Source of the DNA: an uncultured Actinomycetes bacterium
GTDB taxonomy: Bacteria; Actinomycetota; Thermoleophilia; RBG-16-64-13
Direction of reading: 5' to 3'
Length of the DNA: 64,000 nt
NCBI GenBank assembly: GCA_963706025.1
Contig: CAVPLM010000005.1
Coordinates: 384,001-448,000, forward strand
The notes beneath the pieces were generated by a model. It saw only the letters and a program-made list of their open reading frames with translations. It did not search any database and had not been told where the DNA came from. How positions within the stretch are numbered: the stretch's first letter is position 1; each line of letters begins with the position of its first letter. Below are positions 39,536 to 49,815 of the stretch, in pieces. Both the position numbers and the translations under genes were made by a program.

Positions 39536-40545
39536 ACTCTCCTCCTCAGTCCCGCATCTTCGGCAAGCCCGAACATGCAGTTCATGTTCTGTACCGCCTG
39601 GCCCGAAGCGCCCTTGACGAGATTGTCGATGACCGTGATGACCTTCACCAGGCCCGCTGCGGCGTCCTCCCGCACGGTCAGTCGACAGTAGTTGGTGTTC
39701 GCGACCTCCGCCAAGCCGGGCGCGTGCTCGCACACCTCGACGAACGCTTCGTCTGCATAGAAGGCACGGTACCGTTCCAACCAGGACTCGGTACCGATCG
39801 GTCCGCCTCGCGGTCGAAAGTACAGGGTGCTGAGGATCCCCCGGTCGACCGGCAGTAGATGGGGCGTGAACGACACTGAAAGCGCCCGCCCCGCGGCCAC
39901 GCTCAGCTCCTGTACCATCTCGGGGGTGTGACGGTGTCCGATCTCGCTGTAGGCGCGGAAGTCCTCGTTGACGGCGCAGAAATGCGTCTTCTCGGAAGGG
40001 GATCGCCCCGCGCCCGAGACGCCCGATTTCGAATCCACCACCACCCCGCCGTCATCGATCTCTTCGGCGATCGGCAACAGGCCCAGGAGCATGCCCGTGG
40101 GATAGCAGCCGGGGTTGGCGACCAACCTGGCCTTCGCGATCCTGCTCCGATGCAGCTCGGGCAGGCCGAACACCGCCTCTGCCACCAGATCGGGTCTTGG
40201 ATGCACGAAGCCGTACCAGTCTGCATAAGCGTGAGGGTCTGTCAGCCGGAAGTCGGCGCTCAGATCCACCACCCGGCACTCGGAGTCCACAAGCGCAGCG
40301 ACCACCTCGTGAGCTTCGCCGTGGGGATAGCAGACGAACACCACGTTCGATCCTGCCACGGCCTCGAGCGAGTACTGGGCATAGACTCCCTCCACACGCA
40401 GGTGCGGGAAGACCTCGCTCACACTCCGGCCGACGTACGACTTCGAGGTCAGAGCTTTCAAGCGCACGTCCGGATGAGACGCAAGGATATCTGTGAGGAC
40501 GGCTCCGGTGTAACCGGTCGCTCCGACGACGCTGGCCGTTATCAC
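39532..40545 (-). CDS. argC: N-acetyl-gamma-glutamyl-phosphate reductase
   Basis: GATGYTG, DLSADFR, ANPGCYPT, SGVSGAG, HRH.PE, DNLVKGA.GQAVQN.N. Confidence 0.95.
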   Translation of the reverse strand: MITASVVGATGYTGAVLTDILASHPDVRLKALTSKSYVGRSVSEVFPHLRVEGVYAQYSLEAVAGSNVVFVCYPHGEAHEVVAALVDSECRVVDLSADFRLTDPHAYADWYGFVHPRPDLVAEAVFGLPELHRSRIAKARLVANPGCYPTGMLLGLLPIAEEIDDGGVVVDSKSGVSGAGRSPSEKTHFCAVNEDFRAYSEIGHRHTPEMVQELSVAAGRALSVSFTPHLLPVDRGILSTLYFRPRGGPIGTESWLERYRAFYADEAFVEVCEHAPGLAEVANTNYCRLTVREDAAAGLVKVITVIDNLVKGASGQAVQNMNCMFGLAEDAGLRRRV

Positions 40546-40580
40546 TTGCCTACCTTCTTATCTCCCGATCGACGATCACG

Positions 40581-40618
40581 AGTGCATGAATATACAGTCT
40601 CTTGCAAGAACATACAAG
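40581..40618 (-). promoter_or_regulatory. Tandem ARG boxes (ArgR operator) upstream of argC
   Basis: Two imperfect 18-bp palindromes, AGTGCATGAATATACAGT and CTTGCAAGAACATACAAG, 2 bp apart, AT-rich within GC-rich DNA. Confidence 0.75.
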
Positions 40619-40712
40619 GAAAGGCGGCAGTAGAACTGGGGACTCCGAAAGTCCACGGCCGAGATCCCCTCCCGCGCCGATCGGTGATCGTGCCGAGAGA
40701 CGCCGGGCTTGA

Positions 40713-43133
40713 TCAGGCGCGCAATTGGGCGCCCAGAGTGCCGGCCACCTTTGCCAGCATGTGCTCGCGGATCTCCCCCACCTCGGCATCGCTCAAGGTG
40801 CGGTCCGCCGCCCGGAAGCTCAGGCGCAGAGCGAGGCTCTTCTTGCCAGGAGGGACCTGGGCTCCCTCGTATACGTCGAACACCGCCACATCCTCCAGCA
40901 ACTCCCCGGCAGCCTCCCTCAACTGGCCTATGACCTCTGCCGCCGGGATGTCGGCGTCGACGACCAGAGCGACGTCCTGCTCTACCACTGGATACGCGAT
41001 CAGGTCGCGAAACGCAGTTACCGCTCCTGAAACCTCCACAAGGTCCTGCAGACAGATCTCAGCGGCCACCACAGGTCCACGGAGATCATAGGCCTGAAGG
41101 ACCAGAGGGTGCACTTCACCGAGCCACCCCAGCACCTGTCCCTTCTCGTCCTTGATTACCGCGCTCTTGCCGGGATGGAGGAACCTTTCGTCGGCCACTC
41201 CATAGTCCAGCCGGCAGTGAAGCCCGGAGGCCACTCGGTCGACGAGCCCTTTGACCAGGTAGTAGTCCACGGTCGCACCCGAACGCAGCCACGACGGCTC
41301 CTCCCACTCACCGGTGACCAGCGCGCCCACCTGCGTCTTCTCCTGGGGAAGGACGTCTTCCCCCGGTGTGTATACCCGTCCGGTCTCGAAGACGCGCACC
41401 CGGTCCTCGCGCACGAAGACGTTCTTCCGCGCCGTCTCCAGGAGGCCCGGCAGCAGCATAGTGCGCATGAAGGCCTGATCGTTGCTCAGCGGATTCGTGA
41501 TCTGCACGGTCGTCCGGCGCGGGTCCCCGGGGTCCAGGCGCAACCTGTCCTGCCATTTGTCGTCAGCGAAACTGTAGTTGATCACCTGCGTCAGCCCGGC
41601 GCCGGCCAGGAGGTCCTCGACCCGGCGCCGGCCCGCCTGCTGCCGGTCTAGACCACCCATGCCCTCGCGCCGGGCGGGTAGGGTCGACGGGATCTGGTCC
41701 AGCCCATGGATGCGGGCGATCTCTTCGATAAGATCGATCTCCCGCTCCAGGTCGCCCCGGAACGTCGGTACCGTCACCAAGATGTCTTCGCCGCATTCAC
41801 CCGCGTTGCAGCCCAGCCGAGCGAGGATAGCCGCGACCTCCGCGGTCGAGACAGCGGCGCCCAGGATGTCCTCCACGCGCGCCGGCCGCAGCTTGATAGC
41901 CTTCTCCGAGGGAAGAGGGACGCGTACGTCTATGGTGCCCACCGATACCTCTCCGCCGCAGATCTCGACCAACAGGCTGCAGGCCATGTCGAGGGCCAGC
42001 GGCACCATGTTGGGATCGAGGCCCTTCTCATACCGGGTGGACGCCTCGCTGCGCAGGCCCAGCGCGCCTGAGGTGCGCATGATGGACGGTCCCGCGAAGG
42101 TGGCGCCTTCCAGGAGGATGTCGGTGGTGCTTTCAGTGACTTCGCTGTCCAGTCCCCCCATGATGCCGGCGACGACTGACGCCCGCTCCGCATCGGCTAT
42201 GACGAGCATGTCGTCGGTTAGAACGCGATGCTCGTTGTCGAGGGTGGTGAGCTTCTCGCCTGGGTAGGCGCGGCGCACGATGATCCGTCCCCCGCGTATC
42301 GTGCGGAGATCGAAGGCGTGTAGCGGCTGCCCGAGTGTCCAGAGGACATAGTTGGTGATGTCGACGACGTTGCTCACGGGGCGCATGCCCGCGTGGCAGA
42401 TGCGGGCCTTCAGCCACAAGGGCGATTCCCCGATCCTCACGCCTCTGATGACCCGACCGGCGTAACGGGGGCACAGGTCGGGGTCGAGGACCTCGATGGC
42501 TATGTCCTCATGCACGGGTCGGCTGCCCCAGGAGTGCCGGAAGGCTATGTCTTCGGCGAAAGGCGCCTCGGTGATGGCGGCTATCTCGCGCGCCAAGCCT
42601 CGGACGGAAAGGCAGTCGGGGCGATTGGGAGTGACCTCCACCTCCAACACCCAATCGGTCAGAGCAAAGTGGTCCGCGAGCAGTTCGCCGGCCTCCCACG
42701 AGTCGGGAAGTACCATCGTCCCTGGGCTCTTCGCGGCCAGACCCAGCTCGGCCTCGGAAAGGATCATCCCAGCCGACTGCACCCCCCGCAGTTTGGCATC
42801 GCGGATGCGCGTGCCATCCGGCATCACTCCGCCGGGCAGGACCACGGCCACCGTCTGCCTCGCAGCCACGTTGGGAGCACCACAGACTATCGTCCGTGGG
42901 TCGTCTTCCCCCACGTCGACCGTGCACACCGACAGCTTGTCGGCGTCGGGATGCCTCCGGCAATCGAGCACTTTCCCCACCACGAAGCGCTCCAGGTTCT
43001 CCTGATCGCCGGGTACCCCTACCTGCGCCACCCGCTCCACTTCGGTACCGGTGAGGGCAAGGCGCGAAGCCAGCTCCTCCACATCCATCTCGATGGGTAC
43101 GTACTCTCGCAGCCAGGTAAGTGGGGCTTTCAT
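40713..43133 (-). CDS. pheT: Phenylalanine-tRNA ligase beta subunit
   Basis: HPDADKL, IVCGAPN, TPNRPDCLS, VVDITNY, REIDLIEEIAR, NPLS, C-terminal FDX-ACB (FDVY.G...GKKSLA). Confidence 0.96.
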   Translation of the reverse strand: MKAPLTWLREYVPIEMDVEELASRLALTGTEVERVAQVGVPGDQENLERFVVGKVLDCRRHPDADKLSVCTVDVGEDDPRTIVCGAPNVAARQTVAVVLPGGVMPDGTRIRDAKLRGVQSAGMILSEAELGLAAKSPGTMVLPDSWEAGELLADHFALTDWVLEVEVTPNRPDCLSVRGLAREIAAITEAPFAEDIAFRHSWGSRPVHEDIAIEVLDPDLCPRYAGRVIRGVRIGESPLWLKARICHAGMRPVSNVVDITNYVLWTLGQPLHAFDLRTIRGGRIIVRRAYPGEKLTTLDNEHRVLTDDMLVIADAERASVVAGIMGGLDSEVTESTTDILLEGATFAGPSIMRTSGALGLRSEASTRYEKGLDPNMVPLALDMACSLLVEICGGEVSVGTIDVRVPLPSEKAIKLRPARVEDILGAAVSTAEVAAILARLGCNAGECGEDILVTVPTFRGDLEREIDLIEEIARIHGLDQIPSTLPARREGMGGLDRQQAGRRRVEDLLAGAGLTQVINYSFADDKWQDRLRLDPGDPRRTTVQITNPLSNDQAFMRTMLLPGLLETARKNVFVREDRVRVFETGRVYTPGEDVLPQEKTQVGALVTGEWEEPSWLRSGATVDYYLVKGLVDRVASGLHCRLDYGVADERFLHPGKSAVIKDEKGQVLGWLGEVHPLVLQAYDLRGPVVAAEICLQDLVEVSGAVTAFRDLIAYPVVEQDVALVVDADIPAAEVIGQLREAAGELLEDVAVFDVYEGAQVPPGKKSLALRLSFRAADRTLSDAEVGEIREHMLAKVAGTLGAQLRA

Positions 43134-43144
43134 ATGGTCTCCGG

Positions 43145-44194
43145 TCAGAACTGGCGCAGGAAGCGCAGGTCGTTCTCAAAGAACAGTCGGAGGTCATTCA
43201 CCCCGTGCTTGAGCATGGCGATACGCTCGATCCCCAGGCCGAAGGCAAAGCCGGAATAGACCTCGGGATCGTAATCCACGAAGCCGAACACGTTCGGGTC
43301 CACCATGCCGGCGCCCAGGATCTCCAGCCAACCGCTCTTCTTGCATAGGCGACAACCGGCTCCGTCGCACATCATGCAGGACACGTCCACCTCCACGGAA
43401 GGTTCGGTGAAGGGGAAGAAGTGCGGCCTCAGACGCACCTTGCGGTCCGCACCAAAAACAGCCTTGGCGAACGTCTCCAGGGTGCCCTTGAGATCGGCGA
43501 GTGTGATGTCCTCGCCGACCACCAAGCCCTCGACCTGGTGGAACATGGGTGTGTGAGTGGCGTCGGAGTCCCTGCGGTACGTTTTGCCGGGGACGATTAT
43601 GTGGAGGGGAGGGCGTCGCTTTTCCATCGCGCGCACCTGCATCGGTGAGGTGTGAGTGCGCAGAACCACCTGATCGCTGATGAAGAACGTGTCGTGAAGC
43701 GACCGGGCCGGATGATCGGCAGGGGTGTTCAGAGCTTCGAAGTTGTAGTACTCGGTCTCGATCTCCGGTCCGTCGACGATCTCGTAGCCCATCCCGACAA
43801 AAATGTCTTCGATCTCTCGCTGGGTCTGGGTGACCAGATGAAGGCTTCCAAGAGGAGAACGCCACCCGGGCAGGCTGATATCGACCCGCTCCTTCTCGAG
43901 TCCGAGCACCAGTTGCTCGGCCTCTAGTTCTTGCCGGCGCACTTCGACGGCAGCCTCCAACTCCTTGCGGATGAGGTTTCCCACCTTCCCCACCTCGGGC
44001 CGTTCTTCCACGGGGAGCTCGGGGATGGTGCGCAGAAGGAGCACCAGGTCGGCCTTTCGGCCCAGGAAACGCACGCGAACGGCTTCCAGAGCGACCAGGT
44101 CCCCAGCCGCGGCGATCGCGGCCATGCCCTGAGTGTAGATACTCCTCAGGTCGTCCCTGGAGATCTGCTCGAGAATGCCGTCCTTGCCCGTGAT
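43145..44194 (-). CDS. pheS: Phenylalanine-tRNA ligase alpha subunit (start uncertain)
   Basis: HPAR..HDTF, LRTHTSP.Q, THTPMFHQVEG, FPFTEPS, GFAFG.G.ERIAM. Confidence 0.95.
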   Translation of the reverse strand: MTGKDGILEQISRDDLRSIYTQGMAAIAAAGDLVALEAVRVRFLGRKADLVLLLRTIPELPVEERPEVGKVGNLIRKELEAAVEVRRQELEAEQLVLGLEKERVDISLPGWRSPLGSLHLVTQTQREIEDIFVGMGYEIVDGPEIETEYYNFEALNTPADHPARSLHDTFFISDQVVLRTHTSPMQVRAMEKRRPPLHIIVPGKTYRRDSDATHTPMFHQVEGLVVGEDITLADLKGTLETFAKAVFGADRKVRLRPHFFPFTEPSVEVDVSCMMCDGAGCRLCKKSGWLEILGAGMVDPNVFGFVDYDPEVYSGFAFGLGIERIAMLKHGVNDLRLFFENDLRFLRQF

Positions 44195-44257
44195 AGCTCC
44201 TCCTTCCGAGCGTTCAATCCTAGCGGAACGCACCGTCGTTTGCCACCAGCGCCCCCA

Positions 44258-45095
44258 TCAAGGGTATTTCCGTCCAGCCGTGTGCCTGCTGAGCTCATAC
44301 AGCAGAACGGTGCCGGCCATGGCCACGTTCAGCGAGTCGAACCCGCCCTGAGGGATGGTGACGCGTCGCTCATGCGCCCAATCCGCGCCTGGTCCCGCTC
44401 GCTCCGCGCCCAAGACCACGATGGCGCCCGAATCCAGGCTCAGACTACGCACATCCTCCCCCGCGTGAGGATCCGCCACCAGCACCACCGGTCCGCCCTC
44501 CTCCGTGCGGGGCGACCGTCCCAGCTTCTCCCGGAGATCGCCCGGCGTCACATCGGTCACGATGGGGACAGTGAACTGAGCTCCCATACCCCCTCGCAGG
44601 GCTTTGGGTCCGTAGGGATCGGCCGTCCCCGGCGAGCATATGACCCCGGTCGCTCCGAAGGCCGCACAACTCCGCACCAGGGTGCCTACGTTCCCGGGAT
44701 CGCCTACCCCGGCGAGAAACAGCGTCAATCCGCTGGGCCAGCTCGAGATCGCCAAGGCTCCAGGCGGGTTCCGAGGACGTGAAGATGACGTCCGCCGAGC
44801 CGCCGAGGGAGCTGGCGTAGGCCAGGGTCTCCTCATCGCACACCCCGATGTGCACTCCGACGGCGTCCGAAGGCTCGCTTCGAGCGGCCCGCTCCATAAG
44901 GCTTGGGGGAAGGTCGGGAAGCAGATCGCGGCGTACCAGGATGTCGCGCAGGTCGGCCCCCGCGTCCACGGCGGCGCGCAGCAGGTCGAGGCCCTCTCCT
45001 ACGAGCAGACCCCGGTCGCGCCGCTGCTTCTTCTGCTGCAGCTTGCGCGCCAGCTTGACGCTGTGATTCTGCCGCCCGACAATGTCGCGGATCAC
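44258..45095 (-). CDS. TrmH/SpoU family RNA methyltransferase, split by a +1 insertion near 44737
   Basis: N-part in ORF 44445-45095 (N..VK....L...K.R, EG); C-part in ORF 44258-44836 (DPGNVGTLVRS, GAERAG, IP...DSLNVA). Removing one C from GCCCAG joins them. Confidence 0.85.
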
Positions 45096-45132
45096 GTTGT
45101 GTTCTCCGCTCTTCTGGGCAGCGCGAACGAGT

Positions 45133-45495
45133 CTAGCCCGCGCTGAGGGCCTCTTTGGCCCGGGCGGCTATCTGCGCGAACACTTCAGGTTCGCGGACTG
45201 CCAGATCGGCCAGCATCTTGCGGTCGACATCGATCTGAGCCTCTTTGAGCCCGTGGATCAGCTGGTTGTAGCTGAGACCGTTCTCCCTGGCCCCGGCGTT
45301 GATGCGGGTGATCCACAGACGCCGGAACTCGCGTTTCCGCGCCCGGCGGTCGCGGTAGGCATAGGTGCCGGACTTGATGAGCTGTTCCTTCGCCCGCCGG
45401 TAAGAGGACTTCTTGAGCCCCCAGTAACCTTTGGCCTCGTCCAACACCTTGCGGCGCTTCTTGTGCGCGTGGATGCTCCTCTTGACTCTGGGCAT
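45133..45495 (-). CDS. rplT: 50S ribosomal protein L20
   Basis: MPRVKR, AKGYWG, YAYRDRR.RKR.FR.LWI.RINA, DRK.LA.LA. Confidence 0.97.
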   Translation of the reverse strand: MPRVKRSIHAHKKRRKVLDEAKGYWGLKKSSYRRAKEQLIKSGTYAYRDRRARKREFRRLWITRINAGARENGLSYNQLIHGLKEAQIDVDRKMLADLAVREPEVFAQIAARAKEALSAG

Positions 45496-45507
45496 GGCGA
45501 TGACCTC

Positions 45508-45712
45508 CTAGCGGCCCAGAAGACCGCGCAGCCGGCTGGTGTCTTGGGCGTCTATCTCGACGGCCTTGCGTAGCCTGCGCTTCTTGTTGGCTGACTTCTT
45601 GGTGAGCAAGTGGCTGCCGAACGCGCGTCTGCCGCATGAGCTTACCCTTGGCGCTCACCCGAATGCGCTTCTTAGCGCCTTTGTGTGTCTTGTTCTTCGA
45701 GTTCTTGGACAT
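45508..45712 (-). CDS. rpmI: 50S ribosomal protein L35 with a +1 insertion near 45632
   Basis: K.KTHKGAKKRIRVSAKGK, then in the shifted frame RAFGSHLLTKKS..KKRRLRK...LLGR*; span is 205 nt = 68 codons + 1. Confidence 0.9.
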
Positions 45713-45807
45713 CTGTTTTCCCTTCGTGCATACACGGACGAACCCGGAGCACCGCAGAAGCGCGGGCATCGAGCCCGAAGAGACACCCGTCCGGAGTGGC
45801 CCTCGGC

Positions 45808-46320
45808 CTAACTCCGCTTCGGCGCCAGCATCATGACCATGTTCCTGCCGTCCAGATTGGGTTCGGACTCCACTTCGCCGATCTCGGCCAGATCATCGGC
45901 CATGCGACGCAGCAGCCTCTCCCCCAGATGGGGATGGACCAACTCCCTGCCCCGGAACATGATGGTGAGCTTGACTTTGTCTCCCTTTCTGAGGAAGCGC
46001 TCGACATGACCTTTCTTGGTGTCGAAGTCGTGGTCGTCGATCTTGGGCCGCAGCTTGATCTCCTTGATGCTGATCGTCGTCTGCCGCTTGCGCGCTTCCT
46101 TGGCCTTCTGTTCCTGCTCGTACCTGTACTTGCCGTAATCCATCACCTTGCAGACCGGCGGGCTGGCCATTGGCGCCACCTCCACCAGATCGAGATTGAG
46201 TTTGTCGGCGTAACTGAGCGCCTCAGGCACTCCCACGATGCCGACCTGCTCGCCGTCCGGCCCGATCAGGCGGACCGCGTCTGCGCGGATCTTCTCGTTG
46301 ATGCGAACGATATCGGCTAT
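45808..46320 (-). CDS. infC: Translation initiation factor IF-3 (probable AUA start at 46320)
   Basis: RINE.IR, LDLVEV, PPVCK.MDYGK, KEIK.RP.ID.HD, FRGRE. The GTG at 46332 lies inside the SD (GGAGGTG). Confidence 0.96.
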   Translation of the reverse strand: MADIVRINEKIRADAVRLIGPDGEQVGIVGVPEALSYADKLNLDLVEVAPMASPPVCKVMDYGKYRYEQEQKAKEARKRQTTISIKEIKLRPKIDDHDFDTKKGHVERFLRKGDKVKLTIMFRGRELVHPHLGERLLRRMADDLAEIGEVESEPNLDGRNMVMMLAPKRS

Positions 46321-46372
46321 GTTGCCCTGCACCTCCCCCGGCGCTACCGGTTAGGAACCTTCATTACCACGC

Positions 46373-46492
46373 AAAAAAGCGGTGCAACCACCGCTTCCCA
46401 ATGCAGCCGCCCGGCCAAGCCGGACAGCTCTCTCTATGGTTCGACCTCCGCGCCATCCAGGCACGAGGTGGGAAGGGTGGCTTCCTCTTTAT
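46373..46492 (-). promoter_or_regulatory. L20 leader-like attenuator upstream of infC-rpmI-rplT
   Basis: AGAGGAAGCCACCCTTCCCACCT ... GGGAAGCGGTGG complementary arms, overlapping a terminator AAGCGGTG-GTTG-CACCGCTT-TTTT; resembles the Firmicute L20 leader. Confidence 0.72.
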
Positions 46493-46502
46493 GCAAACCG
46501 GC

Positions 46503-46531
46503 AGTATAGACCAAGAAGTCACCGGGCTCAA
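46503..46531 (-). promoter_or_regulatory. infC operon promoter
   Basis: TTGAGC-17-TATACT just upstream of the leader. Confidence 0.65.
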
Positions 46532-46579
46532 GGACACCGATCAAGAGCAACGCGGGCTGTGGGACTCACAGGCAGGCGA

Positions 46580-48494
46580 TCAGGGGCAGGGCGCCACTGT
46601 TGGCGGGCTGGAATGCTCGGCGATGGTGGCTGCGGCCTCGGACAGCCCGAGTGGTCGGGTGTCCTTGCTGCCTCGGGTGCGCAGCGTGACCGAGCGCTGC
46701 TCTACCTCACGATCGCCCACGACCAGCATGAACGGCACCTTCGCGACCTCGCCGTCGCGGATCTTCTTCGAGACCGACTCGGGTCGCACGTCGACCTCCG
46801 CCCGCAGACCGGCGCACCTGAGCGCGCCCTGTACCTCGGCCGCGTACCCGGCATGACGGTCGGCGACGGGCACGATGACGACCTGCACCGGCGCCAGCCA
46901 TGCGGGCAAAGCTCCCCCGTAGTGCTCGAGGAGGATGCGCAAGGAAGCGCTCGATGCTCCCGAGCACCGTGCGGTGGATCATCACCGGACGATGGCGCTG
47001 GTTGTCTTCGCCCACGTAATCGAGGTCGAGGCGCTCGGGCATGGCGAAATCCAACTGACAGGTGGCGCACTGCCACGTCCTCCCCATCACGTCTTCGATG
47101 TGGAAGTCGATCTTGGGACCATAGAAGGCGCCGTCGCCCGGATTGAGGGTGTAGGGCAGTTCCGCCCGCTCCAAGGCGGCCGCCAGGGCGCGCTCCGCGG
47201 TCTCCCACATGGCGTCGCTGCCGATCGACTTCTCCGGGCGGGTGGACAGTTCCACATGCACGCGGTCGAAACCGAAGGTCCGGTACATGCGGAGCACCAG
47301 CTCGATGACCGCCAAGACCTCGTCTTCCACCTGCTCGGGCAGGCAGTAGATGTGGGCGTCATCTTGGGTGAAGAGCCGTACCCGGAAAAGGCCTTGGAGC
47401 ACTCCGGACATCTCGTGCCGGTGGACCAGACCGAGCTCCGCCATGCGCAGCGGGAAGTCGCGGTAGGAGTGCTGCTCGCTCTTGTAGATCAGGGTGCCCC
47501 CAGGGCAGTTCATGGGCTTCACGGCGAAATCGACCCCGTCGATGCTCGTGAAGTACATATTGTCTTTGTAGTTATCCCAGTGGCCCGAGCGCTCCCATAG
47601 GGTCCGCTCCAGCATGATCGGGGTCTTGGTCTCTTCGTAACCCGCGGCGATGTGCTCCCGCCGCCAGTAGTCGAGCAGGGCGTTGATCACGCGCATGCCC
47701 TTGGGATGGAAGAAGGGGAACCCTGGGCCTTCGTCGTGGAAGCTGAACAGGCCCAGCTCGCGGCCCAGCCGGCGATGGTCGCGCTGCCTGGCCATCTCCA
47801 GGCGCTCCAGGTACTCGTCCAGCTCTTTCTTCGTTGGGAAAGCGGTTCCGTATATGCGGGTGAGCATGGTGTTTTCGCTCTTCCCCCGCCAGTAGGCCCC
47901 GGCCACCGACAGCAGTCCGACCGCCCCGATGCGGCCGCTATCCGGGACGTGCGGACCCCGGCAGAGGTCAAGGAACTCACCCTGCCGGTAAACGCTTATG
48001 GTGGCCCCGTCGGGAAGGTCGCGGATGAGCTCCAGCTTGTAGGGCTCGTCTGCAAAAACCGCGAGGGCCTCCGCCTTGCTCACCTCACGCCGTTCGAACG
48101 GCAGATGCATGGCCAGCAGACCCTGGATCTCTTCCAGTATCCGTGGCAGGTCATCCTCCCCCACCGGTTGGGGGAACTCGAAATCGTAGTAGAAGCCATC
48201 CTTGATCGCCGGGCCGATGGCGACTTTGGTGCCGGGATAGAGCCGTGTGGCCGCTTCGGCAAGGAGGTGCGCTGCCGAATGACGGATGACGTCAAGTCCG
48301 TCAGGAGACGAAGCGGTGATGATCTCCACTCGATCTCCCTCGGCCAGAGGCGCGCTGAGATCCAGCACCCGGTCCCCTACCCTGGCGGCGACCGCGGCCT
48401 TGGCCAAACGCGGACCGATGGTCTCTGCTACCTCAGCGGCAGTCGCACCGTCGGAGACGACGAGGTCCGATCCGTCCGGAAGCGCAACCCTCAT
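46580..48494 (-). CDS. thrS: Threonine-tRNA ligase with a +1 insertion near 46940
   Basis: TGS domain, RHSAAH, DLCRGPH, RDHR.LG, KPMNCP, FTQDDAH, GAFYGPK, HR..LGSIERF; continues in ORF 46580-46942 (ILLEHYGG..PAWLAPVQV). Deleting one C gives RFLGILLEH. Confidence 0.95.
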
Positions 48495-48536
48495 GAATCC
48501 TCGCACGCAAGAAGTGGTAGGCCGGCAACGAGACAG

Positions 48537-48608
48537 TGGGCGCTGTAGGATTTGAACCTACGGCCTCTTCCGCGTCAAGGAAGCGCTCTCCCCCTGAGCT
48601 AAGCGCCC
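48537..48608 (-). tRNA. tRNA-Val(GAC)
   Basis: GGGCGCT acceptor, anticodon arm CTTCC-TTGACGC-GGAAG, GTTCAAATC T-loop; CCA not encoded. Confidence 0.95.
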
Positions 48609-48620
48609 ATCAGGGCGGTC

Positions 48621-48649
48621 ATGATACAGCCGCCCTCTGCGGGTGGCAA
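48621..48649 (-). promoter_or_regulatory. Promoter for tRNA-Val/thrS
   Basis: TTGCCA-17-TATCAT. Confidence 0.6.
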
Positions 48650-48907
48650 GGCCGCCCTGGCCAAGACCAACCGAGTTAGTAGTATGCGTGCACCCTGATG
48701 CCAACGGTCATGAAGAGCACCTGGCTGGCTCCGATCGACCTCGGAGTTCTGCCTCCGGACAATCGGTCAGAGAGTAGCATCCGGGCGTAGCAGGGAATCG
48801 TTGATGTTTCGGCGTGGAGCCTTGTCGGGTAGACTCTCCTCGTCATGCACAGCAGGATCAACCCCCTACAGAGGTGGGAAGGCCTGGCCAAAGCGAGGGA
48901 GGCGATT

Positions 48908-49336
48908 ATGTCGTTGGGGCCTGTGGAGTACATCGTCATCGGGTTTCCGGGAAACAAGTTCAAAGGAGACATCCTTCCGGCCCTGGGAGATCTGGTCTCC
49001 AACGGTACTATCCGTGTCATGGATCTGGCCTTCGTCTCGAAAGACGCTGACGGTTCGGTGCTCGCCTTCGAGCTTGAGGATCTGGCCAACGAGGAGGCCG
49101 AAGCGTTTGCGTTTGAGAAAGCCGTGGGCGATGTGTTGTGTGAAGAAGACCTCATGGCCTTTGCCGACGAACTCAAACCCAATACTTCGGCTGCGGTGCT
49201 GGTATGGGAGAACCTCTGGGCCCGGCGCTTCCAGGAGACCCTCCTTGAAGCTGATGGCATCCTCGTCGACTACGCGCGCATACCTCATGAAGTGGTTCAG
49301 GCGGCTATCGGCGAGGCGAAGGCGTTCAAAGACTGA
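48908..49336 (+). CDS. DUF6325/DUF1269-like protein
   Basis: GPVEY.VI.FPG..F.G.I, IR..DL.FV.KD.DG, AA.LVWEN.WA, RIP; SD GGAGG. Confidence 0.75.
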   Translation: MSLGPVEYIVIGFPGNKFKGDILPALGDLVSNGTIRVMDLAFVSKDADGSVLAFELEDLANEEAEAFAFEKAVGDVLCEEDLMAFADELKPNTSAAVLVWENLWARRFQETLLEADGILVDYARIPHEVVQAAIGEAKAFKD

Positions 49337-49368
49337 GCTGATCACAGACGGAAGGGAGAACAAGCATT

Positions 49369-49728
49369 ATGCGAAGGAGACGAGGCGGACTGGTTAGAGT
49401 GGCGGCTACGACCGCCGTGGTGGCAGGAACGGTTGGGGCGGTAAGTGGCCATCAGCAGAAGAAGGCCGCCGGTAAGCAGCAGGCGGCCGCCGATCAGCAG
49501 GAATTGGCCGCCTATCAGGCGCAGGAGCAACAGGCCGCAATGGAAGCTGCCGCCGCCCAGGCTGCAGCTGCAGCCGTGGCGCAGCAGCAGGCTGCCGCCC
49601 CCGTAGCTCCCGCGGCCGCACCGGTCGACACTGCAGCCGAACTCCAGAAGCTGGCCCAGCTACAGCAGCAGGGCATCCTGACGCCAGAGGAGTTCGCGGC
49701 CGCCAAGGCTAAGTTGCTAGGGATCTAG
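49369..49728 (+). CDS. SHOCT domain protein, Ala/Gln-rich
   Basis: TAVVAGT...V N-terminus; C-terminal L.KLA.L...GILT.EEF.AAKAKLL. Confidence 0.8.
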   Translation: MRRRRGGLVRVAATTAVVAGTVGAVSGHQQKKAAGKQQAAADQQELAAYQAQEQQAAMEAAAAQAAAAAVAQQQAAAPVAPAAAPVDTAAELQKLAQLQQQGILTPEEFAAAKAKLLGI

Positions 49729-49815
49729 CTCTCGGCCGGCGACACTTGGCCGGCCAGAGGTCTGGAATACGGAGCCAGGCGGGGACGGCAATCTCGTAAC
49801 AGGAGGGACTAGAGT

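Noticed and set aside
45508-46945. Programmed frameshifting in rpmI and thrS
   Set aside because: No slippery motif or stimulatory structure; clustered same-sign insertions point to sequencing error.
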